A stretch of DNA of 63,473 bases, the filler included, from Folioceros fuciformis (Eukaryota): the NCBI GenBank assembly GCA_049999805.1. It is 19 parts of 19 records of this genome, joined end to end, with 100 filler letters (N's around TTAATTAATTAA, not from the genome) between each part and the next. Parts side by side here need not be neighbours in the genome. Positions count along the whole stretch, not along the records: positions 47,231 to 51,951 come from JBNGIO010002876.1; positions 52,052 to 60,509 come from JBNGIO010002877.1; positions 60,610 to 63,473 come from JBNGIO010002907.1; 16 more parts are not named here. One strand, 5' to 3'. Shown piece by piece: positions 50,401-62,423 of the stretch (position 1 is the first letter of the stretch; every line of letters begins with the position of its first letter). Under the pieces are notes generated by a model, which saw nothing but the letters and a program-made list of their open reading frames with translations, was not told the DNA's origin and ran no database searches. The translations under genes were made by a program, and so were the position numbers.

Positions 50401-51784
50401 AGGTCTTGATTACAACGAAACGTTTAGCCCTGTCGTAAAGCCCACATCAATGCATATACTACTATGTTTTGCCATACAACAGGGACTTCTTGTCCATCAG
50501 ATGGACGTCAAAACAGCCTTTTTAAATGGCCCTTTAGATGAAACTATCTATATGGAGCAGCCAGAGGGTTATGTGTTTGATCCTGACCTTGTCTGTGAAC
50601 TCCTCAAATCCATTTACGGTTTGAAGCAGTCAGCTTGTGTCTGGAACGGCCGGGCTGATGCGAAACTTCGTGCACTTGGTTTCCAGCCAATCACTGCCAA
50701 CTCTAGTGTTTATATTCTGCACAGGGAAAACCAGTTGTGCATTATAGCATTATATGTGGATGATAACTTCATATTCGCCAGTGATGATGGGATACTTACG
50801 TATATCAAACAACAGCTTTGTGAAGAATGGGATATGACGGATGTCGGCCCTTTACGTTTTGCTCTAGGGATTCAGTTCTTCTTCGACCCCACAGCACACT
50901 CGGTTACCTTGTCCCAGGAACACTTCATCCGCCAGATCTTGACCAAGTTCACATTGCAGAATATCAATCCTGTGTCAACTCCTTCTACATCCGGCGAAAA
51001 ATTATCTCTGGCAGACTGCCCTACTACAGCATCGGAAAAGGCTGAGATGTCAATGATACCTTATCGGGAAGTTGTCGGCAGCTTACTATACTTGGCCAGT
51101 TGGACTCGGCCCGACATCTCACATGCTACTAGACTTGTCTCACGTTTCCTATCTAACCCATCGAAACGACATTGGGTGGCAGTCAAACGAATCCTCCGTT
51201 ACCTGAAGGGAACTAGTAATCGTTGTTTGAAGTATACCAAGGCAGATAATTTTTACCTTACCAGTTACTCTGACGCAGATTGGGCCGGAGACATTGACAG
51301 TAGGAGGTCGATTGCTGCATACTGTACCCTTTTGTGCGGCTCCGCCGTCAGTTGGCAGAGCAAGAAGCTCTCCACTATTAGCCTCTCATCTACTGAGGCC
51401 GAGTACAGTGCACTCTCCCTGGTAGCTCGCGAAATAACCTGGATAAGACAGTTTCTTTTAGACATCAATATGGAGCAGCAACGGCCAACTATATTACAGT
51501 GCGACAACCAGTCCGCAATTGCACTCTCTGCAAATCCGGTCCTCCACGCACGCTCCAAGCATATCGAAATCCAGTTTCATTATATTCGGCAAGCTGTAGA
51601 GCAGAAAGTAATCCAGCTCAGTTATGTACCTACAGCTTACAATGTGGCAGATTTGTTTACGAAAGGCTTAGCCAAGCCACTACATGAGCAGCACACGCGG
51701 TCACTTGGTTTGGAGGAGATGGAGATTTTCTCCCCTACAGAATCGGAATCTGCATCAACACAATTTACTGCTAGATCAAACTAG
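47408..51784 (+). pseudogene. Nearly complete Ty1/copia gag-PR-IN-RT-RH in one frame with three premature stops (47660, 47774, 48863)
   Basis: All three track ORFs share a frame; CNWCCIPGHFENEC, WFLDSGAT, WHCRLGH...CESC, HSDVCGP, TDNAKEY, YVDD, SDADWAGD. Confidence 0.96.
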
Positions 51785-52051
51785 CATCTCATCTGCATCG
51801 GGCTTCTCCTGGATCAAGCCGGTACGATACAACCAGTCAGGAGCAGCTGTATGCTATGGCACAGAAACTAACCGTCTGCCGGTAGTGGTGGGGCGCAAGC
51901 GTTATCAGCAGGTCACTGTCAGCTCCACGTCTGTCACGGACGAGCCGTCACNNNNNNNNNNNNNNNNNNNNNNNNNNNNNNNNNNNNNNNNNNNNTTAAT
52001 TAATTAANNNNNNNNNNNNNNNNNNNNNNNNNNNNNNNNNNNNNNNNNNNN

Positions 52052-52261
52052 GGAAGGACTGAAGCTCGAGAGGCTTTACGCCCACGAGGAACCAAGCACA
52101 AGGAATACCAGAAGACTGTACTTAACACGCTCTCAACAAGTGGGAGTGATGAAGTATAAAAGCGATGTTATGTTATCGACATGTTAAGTAACCTAGGGTT
52201 AGCTATTTAGATAACATATATATCTTAGGTCTATACATGGTTTAAGTTAAATACCTCTTCA
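52052..52261 (+). mobile_element. 3' end of a copia-type element: PPT AAGTGGGAG and candidate 112-bp LTR 52150-52261 (TGAAG...CTTCA)
   Basis: PPT like that at 44586; 5-bp terminal inverted repeat; only one copy seen. Confidence 0.55.
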
Positions 52262-53405
52262 TTAGGGTTACGACTCTTAGCGAAAAGACACATCCCAATT
52301 TTATTTTAACTTCTTTTCTCGATCATCGTTTTATGTTTTTAATAATAAAATCTGCATTATCCTTATAAAATTGTCAATAGCATGGTTTGTGGTGCGCTTC
52401 TCTGCACGGACAGAGCCCACCCACACAATGTTATTCAGAGCTCTTTCTTTCGTAGCCTCGTACTTGTTCGCACCGATACAAAAAACTCATCTAAAGGCAT
52501 CCCGACAACATCATATCTTTGCAGATCCAATGAAAAAAGTCTCCACTGTAGAGCGTCCATCTGTGGTACGATTGACATCGAACAATGTTTGCAGAAATAT
52601 TTCTTGCTCTGTCATGCACATGTTTAGAAATTGGTACCTCAAATCCCAAAAGCCTGGTTTTCCTAAGGATCTAAGACACTGCTTTGCACAACATATTCTG
52701 CGGTAATCAACAGAAATACGGATCTCAGAGCACTTTGCCTCAAGTACAGTTGAGATTTTTTTCTTCCGACTGCGTCAATGATCTCCTAGAGTTTCAATCA
52801 GAGATTTGGACGATGGTTTTAGATTGTATGATCTTCGCACCGTTGTGCCAATTGTCATGCCATCTTCTTCCGGCAACACATTAGCTCCTTCATCTTCAGC
52901 AAGGAAGCGCACCCCGCTTGAAGTTCCTGGTATCCAGCTACCACTCGCATGTACTTCAACATCCACATTAACAACATCAATGTGAAAGATTGTGCCCTTT
53001 GCATTCCGCTTGATAGGTGTTGTTTTCCGAATCACTGGTCTGAAAGGAGATTGTATGCGCAATAGGCTTGTTGAAGTATGGATGTTGTCCAGAAGACTAA
53101 GCCGTACAGGCAAAGCTCGGAAGTCAATGTCGTACCCTTCTGAGTCATCCTCTTCAAGGCATCATGACGTGAACAGAAAACTCATACGTAGACTTTGAAC
53201 TAGAACACATGAATGCCCCTCAGGAATCGAATTCCTCACCTATCTTGAGAGTTGTACTCCACTGTTGTCATTGCCACCATCTCTCGTGAGAAAGAAGCCT
53301 CTCCATCCATGCCAATGTCTCAAGGATTGCTTGCAAATGACCTTCCTTACAAGATGCAAGCTAATGTCACTCAGAGTTTGATTGAAGATATCACAACTCT
53401 GACAT
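52262..53405 (-). pseudogene. Degenerate ORF resembling the Cys-rich N-terminal region of Sola-type (DUF7869-associated) DNA transposases
   Basis: Manual translation: ICCAKQCLRSLGKPGFWDLRYQFLNMCMTEQEIFLQTLF...FFIGSAKI*CCRDAFR*VFCIGANKY; catalytic domain absent because of the LTR at 52261. Confidence 0.55.
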
Positions 53406-53676
53406 AATTAAGCTGCCACTTGAATATGAACCTTTGATCACGATTAGAAATAGCTGTTAGCTGTTTGTTGTTTATAAATGGAGTTTGCAATCGTTGTTGT
53501 GGTTTAAATGCTAGAGACGTAGTTCAAACTCTTATGCTATTTCCAGAAACGGAGTTTAAAATTTAAATTTGACTTCAAATATCATCCTTAAATGCTTGAG
53601 ACATCATTCTCTTCTTCCAAATCAGACTAGTTGTCTTCACTGTCTATCATTCACAAGATCTGAAGCGCAATTGCAG

Positions 53677-55970
53677 ATGGCAGCTGGCCGGCAGAGCAAC
53701 AAGCAACTAAATGCGGCAATGGACACGCAGGCATTGGAGGCACCACCAAGGTTGAAGAAACAACGACAAGCTGTGAAGCTTCAGCTCGCGCTGCGTCTAG
53801 TCCATTCGTGGAAAGAGATAGCCAACGGCGACCTGCGGTTACAATAGGGGATGTTACACCTCATCCACCAGCTGTTGCACTGAGGAAAGACAATTCCGTT
53901 GGGAGCGTCCTTGCCTTGAACAACAAAGCTAGGGAAGTGCAGATTAACCATGTTCCTGTGAATGTGACTCAGTGTGGCAGCACGGGTGGTAGCCAAAACC
54001 ACAACATTCCGAATGCGTACAACTTTATGGAGTGTTTAAAGATGAAGAAGCTTGAAGACGCGTCACTTGCCAAAAGATTCAACATAGACAAAGAGTGGTT
54101 TTTAGAAATAGAAGAGGAGCCAAAAGACTGCACTTTGCCATGGGTGCCATTGGTGGCTCTATGGGTTAACGGTTTCCAAGGCTTGTAGGACGATGAGGCA
54201 GGGAGGCTTGGATGGATTCTGTGTGCATCTATTGACGATGTGGATGAGGAAAGCCATGTCAATTTCATATGCACGGGGCACCCACCAAGTCATATCACCG
54301 ATGATTACGATAGCCACAACCTCATTGTAGTGAATGTCGTGAAAGTTGTGCCAAAGCTCTGCGAACCAATGTGGCTAAAGAACGTTTTTAAAGATTGCTT
54401 GAATTTGGAGGATGTTAGTATATCGTTAATTCAGTCTTGGTTCATGTTTCCAGTGATAGCGTTCGGAAACCCTAAATTGCCCATTGCGTATTTACCGCAA
54501 GGCGGCGAACAGTTTTGTCGGACAGTCTTGCATTGTGTTGTTGAAGCATCGAGAATATGAGGAGAGCGCCAAAGGCATTCAATTCAAGCGGAGTTCGGGC
54601 CCATCACATCTAGGCAAACGAAGAGGGTTCAAAGACCTTTGGAAATGCCGCGCATGCAGCCAAAGCTTTCAGAAGACGACATCCCTGACCCATAACAGCT
54701 AAGCGGTGAGGAGAAGCAAATGGGAGAGTATTCATTCACCGAAGATAGCCTAAATGAAGCAGTAGATGCGGCTCGAGGCTTAGGAGAGGATGAAGATGCT
54801 GCAGCAGATTCGCCCATCGAGATATCCCCTCCACAAAAGAAGTTGAAGACGGCGCGCCGGACTACCGGCGCCCTTGTTCGATGGAAGAGGAAGACCACAA
54901 CCACCTCTCCCTCGAAGATGCGAAAGAGAAACACAAGTTGTTATCATCCACTCACCCACTCTTGTTTGTGTCTCGTGTGTGTGCAAACTGTTACCTTGGG
55001 AAGCCACAGGATTTAACATCTTGCGTAACAATGAAAGTTGTTTCAGTGGCAGCTACTTCACCGCAAAAGAGGAGGAACAGGATGTTAGGTACTAGAGGCG
55101 ATGCAGCTGCTCGGCCTGAGTAGAGATGGAAGGCCCAAGGTCCAATTTGTGAAGAGGAGTCACCATGGGCAGTAGAGACAAACGCAGAAAGGTTGGAGAG
55201 AGTTGCACAAGACAAGGATTATTTGAATGCAGTCCGTAGGAAAGCCCACACAAAACGGATTCGATCAACAACGTTTGATCTTCATGTTGACATCCTTCAT
55301 CTGGCCAGTTACATAATAGCAAATGCGCAGATACGGGAGGTAGACAAAGCATGGATGAAGTGCCTGGTCAAACAGATGCAATCAAGGTCAGTTAAGGAAG
55401 GCATTTTGCCTCTGCTTTGTATGATAGATCCCAAACAGGCTTCAAAAAAAGATGTTTCGCTAGACAAGATCACAACGCAACAATATCATATGGGAGTGCT
55501 TGGAGGAAACCACTGCTTCGCAGCTATGCAGAAGCTGCACTAGATATTCCCAGCTGAAGACAAGGATGAATGGATGGAGGGGCATGTATATGCAGGACTA
55601 ATGGAGGAGGAAATGAGAGTGCTCGCAGTTGATCATAATGTATATGCAGATAGAGAAAGAGAATGGGCTTCATTGAGCAAGGTCGGTATATCCACGACGA
55701 GCTTGATATCTTTTATAGAAAACACGGCTTGGATGAGAAGCCCCTTGTGAAGTGGAAGTTCAACTTGTACAGGTTGCTTGGAATGACGAATGAAGGAGGA
55801 GAGCCTCATGATTGGGTGCAAAAAATGGTAGATGGACAGACCAGGTGTAGTGGGATCCTGTGGGAAAACGTATACAAGATATTCCAAATGTGGGAGAGGA
55901 GTGAGCTCCCTGAACAGATAGTAGGAGGAAGCTCTGGGACAAAGAAACGTGCAAAAGACAAGAGGAAACC
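53677..55970 (+). pseudogene. Large degenerate ORF containing a ParB/Sulfiredoxin-like domain (~55325-55640)
   Basis: QIREVDKAWMKCLVKQM...LPLLCMID...VLGGNHCFAAMQKL*...VYAGLMEEEMRVLAVDHN; read through stops and frameshifts; ends at the repeat at 55971. Confidence 0.65.
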
Positions 55971-57600
55971 TTGTTGTGCTAAACAGCGTCAGCCTTATCA
56001 GTTGGCTGGCAATCAGTAGGATTGTGTGAAAGAGACAGATTATGGGCACTCGCTTTCTAGCCAGCTTGGTGGTCATGAACATGATCGTAAGGCAAATTGG
56101 AAATCAATTAAACAAAATGGTAGCCCTTGCAAGTCTTGATCTAGCATCACACAAAAGCGTCACCACACAGTCTCAGCCTCACAACATCCTCAAGTGATGT
56201 CTAGCAAGAGCGATTGCCTGCATCAACTGGCTGACTCTCAACCATCCATTCACACCCAGCGTGCGCAACACAAATTACTACACATGTCGGTGTCACCACA
56301 GAGGCCCCGAAGGCGTTAATTCTGATCCCAATGGTGATCTCCACAAATAGCGTTGACGATGCTCACTGCCGCCCCCGCAGCTTCGTTCGCGACTCAAGAC
56401 CACGCTATTCACAGCCTGCCCAGGCCAGGCCAGCGCCATGATCTAGGCACAGCGCTACCTCCCCAACCCCTCAGTCCTGAAAATGGCAACTGCAGATTTG
56501 TGTACGCATGGACGTCGACACCCATACACAATCTGCTCGTGCCGGCTCCAATTCATGACTAAACAAGCTCAGATCCGCTTGGATGCCCATGTAGATCACA
56601 AACTGCGTAGTCACATCCGTAGCTCCATGAGCGGGTCTTCCACACAGTTAGCTTAGATTCATGGACGGCCTCAGATCGCAGTCGATGGGGTTTTTCCCAC
56701 CCGACTCATGGCGCTCACACACGCTCCAAGTCGTTGTTGTCTACCAGCCCAACGCTCAGCGCCGCTGTGCGCTGGTGCTGCCCTGATGCCTGTGACGAGG
56801 CACCACAGCGTGCGTGAGCTCTCCTGGTGCTTGAGCTGAGAATCTCAGCTCAACGTCCAACGCTGTCGTTCACTGGTGCCGTTCTGATGCCGCGATGGAG
56901 CACCACGGCCCTTGTGAACTTGCCTGGCCGAATCTTGAGGTTTGTGAGCCAGACCCTAGGCGTGCAATCCCAGCGACTGTGTTTGCGAGTCATAGTAAGT
57001 CCTCCACCTAGCCCTGGTGTGGCACACTCATATTGTCAATCACACATACTCATACCACGATGCGACTCATCAGCGCTTTCACTCTGATTTTTGAGCAGTG
57101 GATTCACAAGCAGTTCCTTGGCCAGCCACCTTGACCGCAGGCTTAGGCTCAATGAGAGGACTTCTAACAACTGTGTGACTGAGCCTAGAAGTCCGACACT
57201 TATCTGTCACGCTTGCCCTTAGCCGTTGCTCACAGTCTTCCTCTTCTCCGTCGGTGCCATGCCGCCCACACTCGTAACCTCCCCACCATTTCGCACAATG
57301 ATGCTTCTGAGCCCTAATCGCGTCACACGTTCCCTACCTAGCTATCCATGATCTACCTAATTATATGATTAGACTAATTACATATATTTGATTAATTAGA
57401 TACCCTAATTAATTAGCATGGCCTGACAGTTGTCGTGCTAAACAACGTCAGCCTGATCAATTGGCTGGCAATCAGCAAGATTGTGTGAACGAGACAGATT
57501 CTGGGCACTCACTTTCTAGCTAGCCTGGTGGTCATGAACGTGACCGTAAGGCAAATTGGAAATCGATCAAACAAAATGGTAGCCCTTGCAAGTCCTGATC
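55971..57600. repeat. Pair of 171-bp direct repeats (55971-56141 and 57430-57600) at the 3' end of the PHD-gypsy element
   Basis: Manual alignment shows about 16 substitutions and no indels; a G-run PPT (minus strand) abuts the 57600 end. Confidence 0.85.
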
Positions 57601-57682
57601 CCCCCCAGTGTGGTGATACCTGGCACCAAAACTGTAGGCAGGCGTCGCGAAGAAGTGAATCGGATCCATTGAGTTTACCTGA

Positions 57683-60509
57683 TCAGTTGTTCCTGTGGTC
57701 TCTAGCTCGGCAGAGGGGGCAATACCATAGGTCCCCGGCACCTCGGTCAGTGGCGGCTGAAGGCAAAATAAATGGAAGCCTCCATGGCAGCCGTCACACA
57801 GCAGCATGAGCTCTAGATCATCAATTTGCCTATACACCTCACATGGGTAATCAGCTGGAGGGATCCAATTTGCTGTAACCAGCGTAGGGTCCAAGTTGGG
57901 TAGATGGCAAGGGGCACAATTCTTCATGTGGTCGGTGGTGACCCTCCCATCTGATCCTTCCAGCAACAGTACTCCATTCCCACACACCTCTCGCACCCGT
58001 AACACATGTTTGCTAGTGCTAGGTTCCAAGGTATCCTGCGTTTGCCGCTATAGGTAGACGTAGTCCCCTGGCTGAAATTTCCTGACCTTGGGATGGAAGC
58101 TCCCACTTCTGGTGTGAGCATACCTGAGCGTATCATGATGCTAGCCTATCCTGAGGTTGGCCATGGCCATTGGAATCACCTGTCTGAATAAGGCTGCACG
58201 TTCTCCAATGGCCTTGGCCCGTGCTGCTGGGTCATCCAATCTCAGCACCTCCTGCATCTGTCGGGCAATGGCCACACGTGGTACTGGCTCTCTCCCAAAT
58301 AGAAGGAAGTAAGGTGAGAAGTTGGCCAGTGATGCGTGCCTGCTCATCCTGTAGCCCATGGCGATGTATGGCAAAGCCAAGTCCCAATCTATCTTGGGCT
58401 TGGTGAGACACAGCTTCCTCACTGCACGTTTGATGGCTTGCACCATCCTCTCGGCCAATCCATCTGCCTGAGGGTGATCACGATTGGTGCGCCGGTGATC
58501 AATGAGCGCAGCATCTAGCAAGTCCTGGAACTCACCCTTGAATTCAGCCCCCTAGTCAATCAAACACTCGGCGCTGCTCCCAAACCGACTAAGCACATTG
58601 TGCAAGAATGCTTGAGCTGTGCTGCGTGATGCCTTGTCTGGCAGCGCCACCAGCTCCACCCACTTTGAAAAGTGTTCAATCATGACCATGATATAAACAT
58701 TTCCATGTGGTGTGCATGGGAATTCCCCAGCCAAGTCACAGGACCACCTGAAGAATAGTCCCATGATAGGCAGTGGCTATAACTCTGAGTGGGGGTTGCT
58801 GAAGGAAGCCTTGACTCTGTCACATTGAGCACACTTGGCTACTTCCTCATGCACCTGTGTGAACATGCCATGCCAGTGGAAATGGGGAAGAAGCAAGCTG
58901 TAGGTGCGCTTCACACCAAAGTGACCTAAGTCTTCATGTACTCTGTGAATCAGTCTTGCACGCTCTTGTGGTGGTGGCACCAGTCGTTCAGTCTCGTTGG
59001 CCAGTCTTCTCAGCAAATAGCCATCCCTCCACTCCTAGCGAGCTGCTCTCTGCTGCACCCTCTCTTGCTGGCGTGCATCCAGGCTGGCATCCATGTTTCC
59101 AGTCTTCACATATTGTAGTGTGACTTCATCACTCGAAACATCCTTGTGTGGTTGGAAACGACTGTTAGTGCAACCTTGTGCCACGCACAGCATAGTCACC
59201 AAAGCTGGAGCATTAGGTGCCTCTTCCATGTCACTGTTTTGGCGAGCATGTCAGTGTTGTCCACACTACTCTGCCCAGGTTGACGTGACACCACATATGC
59301 ATTCTGGTGCTTAGTTCCATGCATGTGAATCACCTCAAACTCATAGTCTTGGAGTATCATGGCCCACCTTGCAAGCTTTCCGCTAAGCTTGGTGTTTGAC
59401 ATCAGCCACTTCAAGGGCTGATGATCTGTCACCAATGTGAACTTTCACCCATATAGGTAAGGCCAAAAATGACAAATTGCCCACACAGCTGCAAGCAACT
59501 CCCCTTCATAGCTGGAGTAGTTTGCTTCTGCCCTGTTGTTGCTTCTTGAGGCATAGGCAATGACCCTCTCTTGACCTTCAGCATCCACTTGTGCTAGCAC
59601 AGCTCCCAACCCCAAAGTGCTCCAGTCTGTATGGAGAACAAATGGCTTGGCAAAGTCAGGCCTGGCCATGACTAACATTTGCATCAGTTTGCTTTTCAAA
59701 CTTTCAAATGCAGCTTGACAATTGTTTGTCTAGTCCCAAGCTGTCTCCTTGCACAATAGATCATTCAGAGGCTTAGCAATGCTACTAAAGGCCTGTACAT
59801 AGACCCTGTAGTAGTTGCACAGTCCTAGGAACGCCCTAAGAGTAGACACATTGGTTGGAGCTTGGATATGCTAGATTGCCTGAGCCTTGGCAGCATGTGG
59901 TATTATACCATTTGGTAGGATCCTGTGACCTAGATAGGCCACTGTATCCATAGCGAATTCACACTTGGCTGGGTGGCACGTTAGCTGGGCCTTTTGCAGC
60001 CTTCAAAACAGGTCCTCTAGATGGATTAAATGAGTGTCAAAGTCTACAATGTGAACCAGCACATCATCTATGTAGCACAGAAGGTGAGGGGCCCCTGCCA
60101 GTACAGTGTCCATGTCCCTTTGGAAGGTTACTAGTGCATTCTTGAACCCAAAAGGCATGACCAGCCACTCCCACAGATGGTGGGCTCCATGAAATGCTGT
60201 CTTGGGTATATCCTCCTCTGCCATTGGCACCTGGTTGAAACCCTGTCGCAGATCCAACATAGAGAAGAATTTGGATTGTCCAATTTTGTCGAACAGCTCT
60301 TCCAGCGTAGGCATAGGATACCTATCAAGTGCTGCTGCTGCATTGATGGGCTGGTAGTCCTCACACATTCGCTTTTCAATCCAAAAAGCCCTGGTTGTCC
60401 TTCTTGGGTGGAAGGACGGTGGCGGCTGTGTAATTAGAGCTAGAAGGCCTGATCAGTCCAGCCCGATACAGCTCTTGGCAGCGTGCTTCCACAATCTCCC
60501 ATTTAGATT
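57683..60509 (-). pseudogene. Ty3/gypsy pol (RT-RNase H-integrase) with a C-terminal PHD finger
   Basis: YIDD, HTDWS, TDHQPL, integrase core, GDYVY/SH3-like region, then CEVYRQ...LLCDGCHGGFHLFCLQPPL.EVP/GDLWYCPLC. Confidence 0.92.
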
Positions 60510-60609
60510 NNNNNNNNNNNNNNNNNNNNNNNNNNNNNNNNNNNNNNNNNNNNTTAATTAATTAANNNNNNNNNNNNNNNNNNNNNNNNNNNNNNNNNNN
60601 NNNNNNNNN

Positions 60610-62106
60610 GATCTCATTGGCTCATCTCTGCAGACCCTTCATGCAGCTATGTGTTTACAACTGATTCCAGAGGGGGTACCGGAGTGTGGAGGGTGAAGTA
60701 TGGGTTCCTGTTGGTTGAGTCTGAGAAAAGGCCATCAAATTGAGGGCGTGCTTGTGTGTCTCCGTGGGCTGTATGCCAGTCCCCCTTCCACAATCAGATT
60801 GTCTGCTTCGATGTCTGCCTACAGCATGAGGTAGGAAAATCTGGCCAGGAGAAGGTTCATGCCCTCTTCTGTTAAAAGTAAAGTGCAGGTCGAAAGGAGG
60901 CACGTGCTAAGGATCGTATATTGGGTATCTGCAGGTGACTGTTTTTGGAACTTGGTAGTGGCTTCGTTTCCTTCTTAGGTCAGTAGGCAAGAATCAGGGG
61001 CACCACTAGAAGTAACGGTCCTGGCGCTGCTGAAAGGTGCACATGGCATATCGCGTGTCCCTAGTATATCAGTTGTCCGGGTTCTCCGGAGACCTGTGCC
61101 TGAAATTGTCTCTGTAGGCATCTGCTGCCAAGTCACGATCTATAGCAATGTTTGCTAGTTGCAGGTGAAGGCGATCTAAGAATACTAGGTGTGGGTTGAC
61201 TTGGATCGTGTTGTACAGACAGGCAAAGATGGGTGCATCTGCAGGATCTGCTTTGAGAAGGACATCCATCGGCTCCAAGGCGACCCTCAGGGAGTCGTCT
61301 GCACTGGGGTAGAAAGAGTCTCGGCTCTAATCTAGCCAATTCTCATGTAAATTGTCCTCAGCTTGATCTCGGTCCCTCTGAACCCATCCCGTGGCGTCCA
61401 CTCAGTGGAAGAGGGAGTCAGGGAGGGAGGCTCCGGAGACTTCAGCATCAGAATGCCCTGAGACTGAAGGGTCGTTTACAAGACAAACTGAACGCTGCAG
61501 TCCAACGAAGTGAAAGCTTCACACGAATGAAGGGTTGAGACTTGGAAGCAAGCTAGTAGGAAACATCAAAAGGTCTATTGCAGATGCAGGGGGCTGAATC
61601 AGGATTACCCAACAGCCATCTTACGGGCGTGAGCTCCAATCAAGTCAGTTCGGGCTTGCAATATGCCGGTAAGGGCTCTTGGATTCAGGGTCAGGATGTA
61701 GCTTGCCTCCGACCAATCCACATTCTCGTGACTGCCCACAGCTCACCAGCGAGGAGGAGGTCGAATACGTTCTTGTAAGTGGAGGTGAGGGTGAAGGACT
61801 GCACATACTGACCTTCACTGTTGGCCTCCCACGTGGATCCGAGGATCCTGCGGGTCCAAGCCAAACAGAAAATCTTGGTGGTCAGGCACATCAATCCGGA
61901 GAGGAGATTGTCAAAGAGTACCGTTGTACATTTTCCGTCAAGACCCAGGTGTCGACAGCCTGTGCACATTACTCAGCTCTCAAGGGTAACATTGAAGCCA
62001 TTGGGTTACACATGCTCGTTCCTTCCCGCGTCTTTCACCTTGAGGGATTGTCACTCCAACCTTTCACTTTAGTTTTCTCACTGATGGTGCTATTCAGTTT
62101 TCAACA
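60610..62106 (-). mobile_element. Probable LTR (starts TGTTGA at 62106 on minus) and degenerate leader/upstream ORF of a retrotransposon
   Basis: TG boundary and broken ORFs (61069-61278, 60655-60903); no canonical PBS found. Confidence 0.3.
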
Positions 62107-62155
62107 TTGACTCTCTCGCGGGGACGGACCAGGCAAGCGGACAACGATAGTGGGT

Positions 62156-62423
62156 GGAAAACTCTTAACAGTGCTGGCACATCCTTGGAAAACTCTTAAC
62201 AGAGCTGGCACATCCTTCGAAAGCTCTTACCAGCGGTGGCACATCCTTCGAAAACTCTTACCAATGCTGGCACATCCCTCGAAAACTCTTACCAGTGCTA
62301 GCACATGCTTGGAAAACTCTTACCATCGCTGGCACATCCCTAGAAAACTCTTACCAGTGCTGGCACATGCTTCGAAAACTCTTCCAGTGCTGGTACAAGC
62401 TTCGAAAATTCTTACAGAGTGCT
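62156..62423. repeat. 31-bp minisatellite, ~8.7 copies (SGAAAACTCTTACCAGTGCTGGCACATCCTT)
   Basis: Head-to-tail units with no spacers. Confidence 0.95.

Noticed and set aside
4363-60609. Regularly recurring TTAATTAATTAA palindrome flanked by Ns
   Set aside because: Artificial six-frame-stop linker; not biological, and no synteny can be inferred across it
61379-61401. Possible non-Met PBS (TGGACGCCACGGGATGGGTTC on minus)
   Set aside because: Could not match it to a known tRNA 3' end, and it is not preceded by a clear LTR-terminal CA
62156-62423. CRISPR-like 31-bp repeats
   Set aside because: Units are head-to-tail with no unique spacers, no cas genes, eukaryotic context
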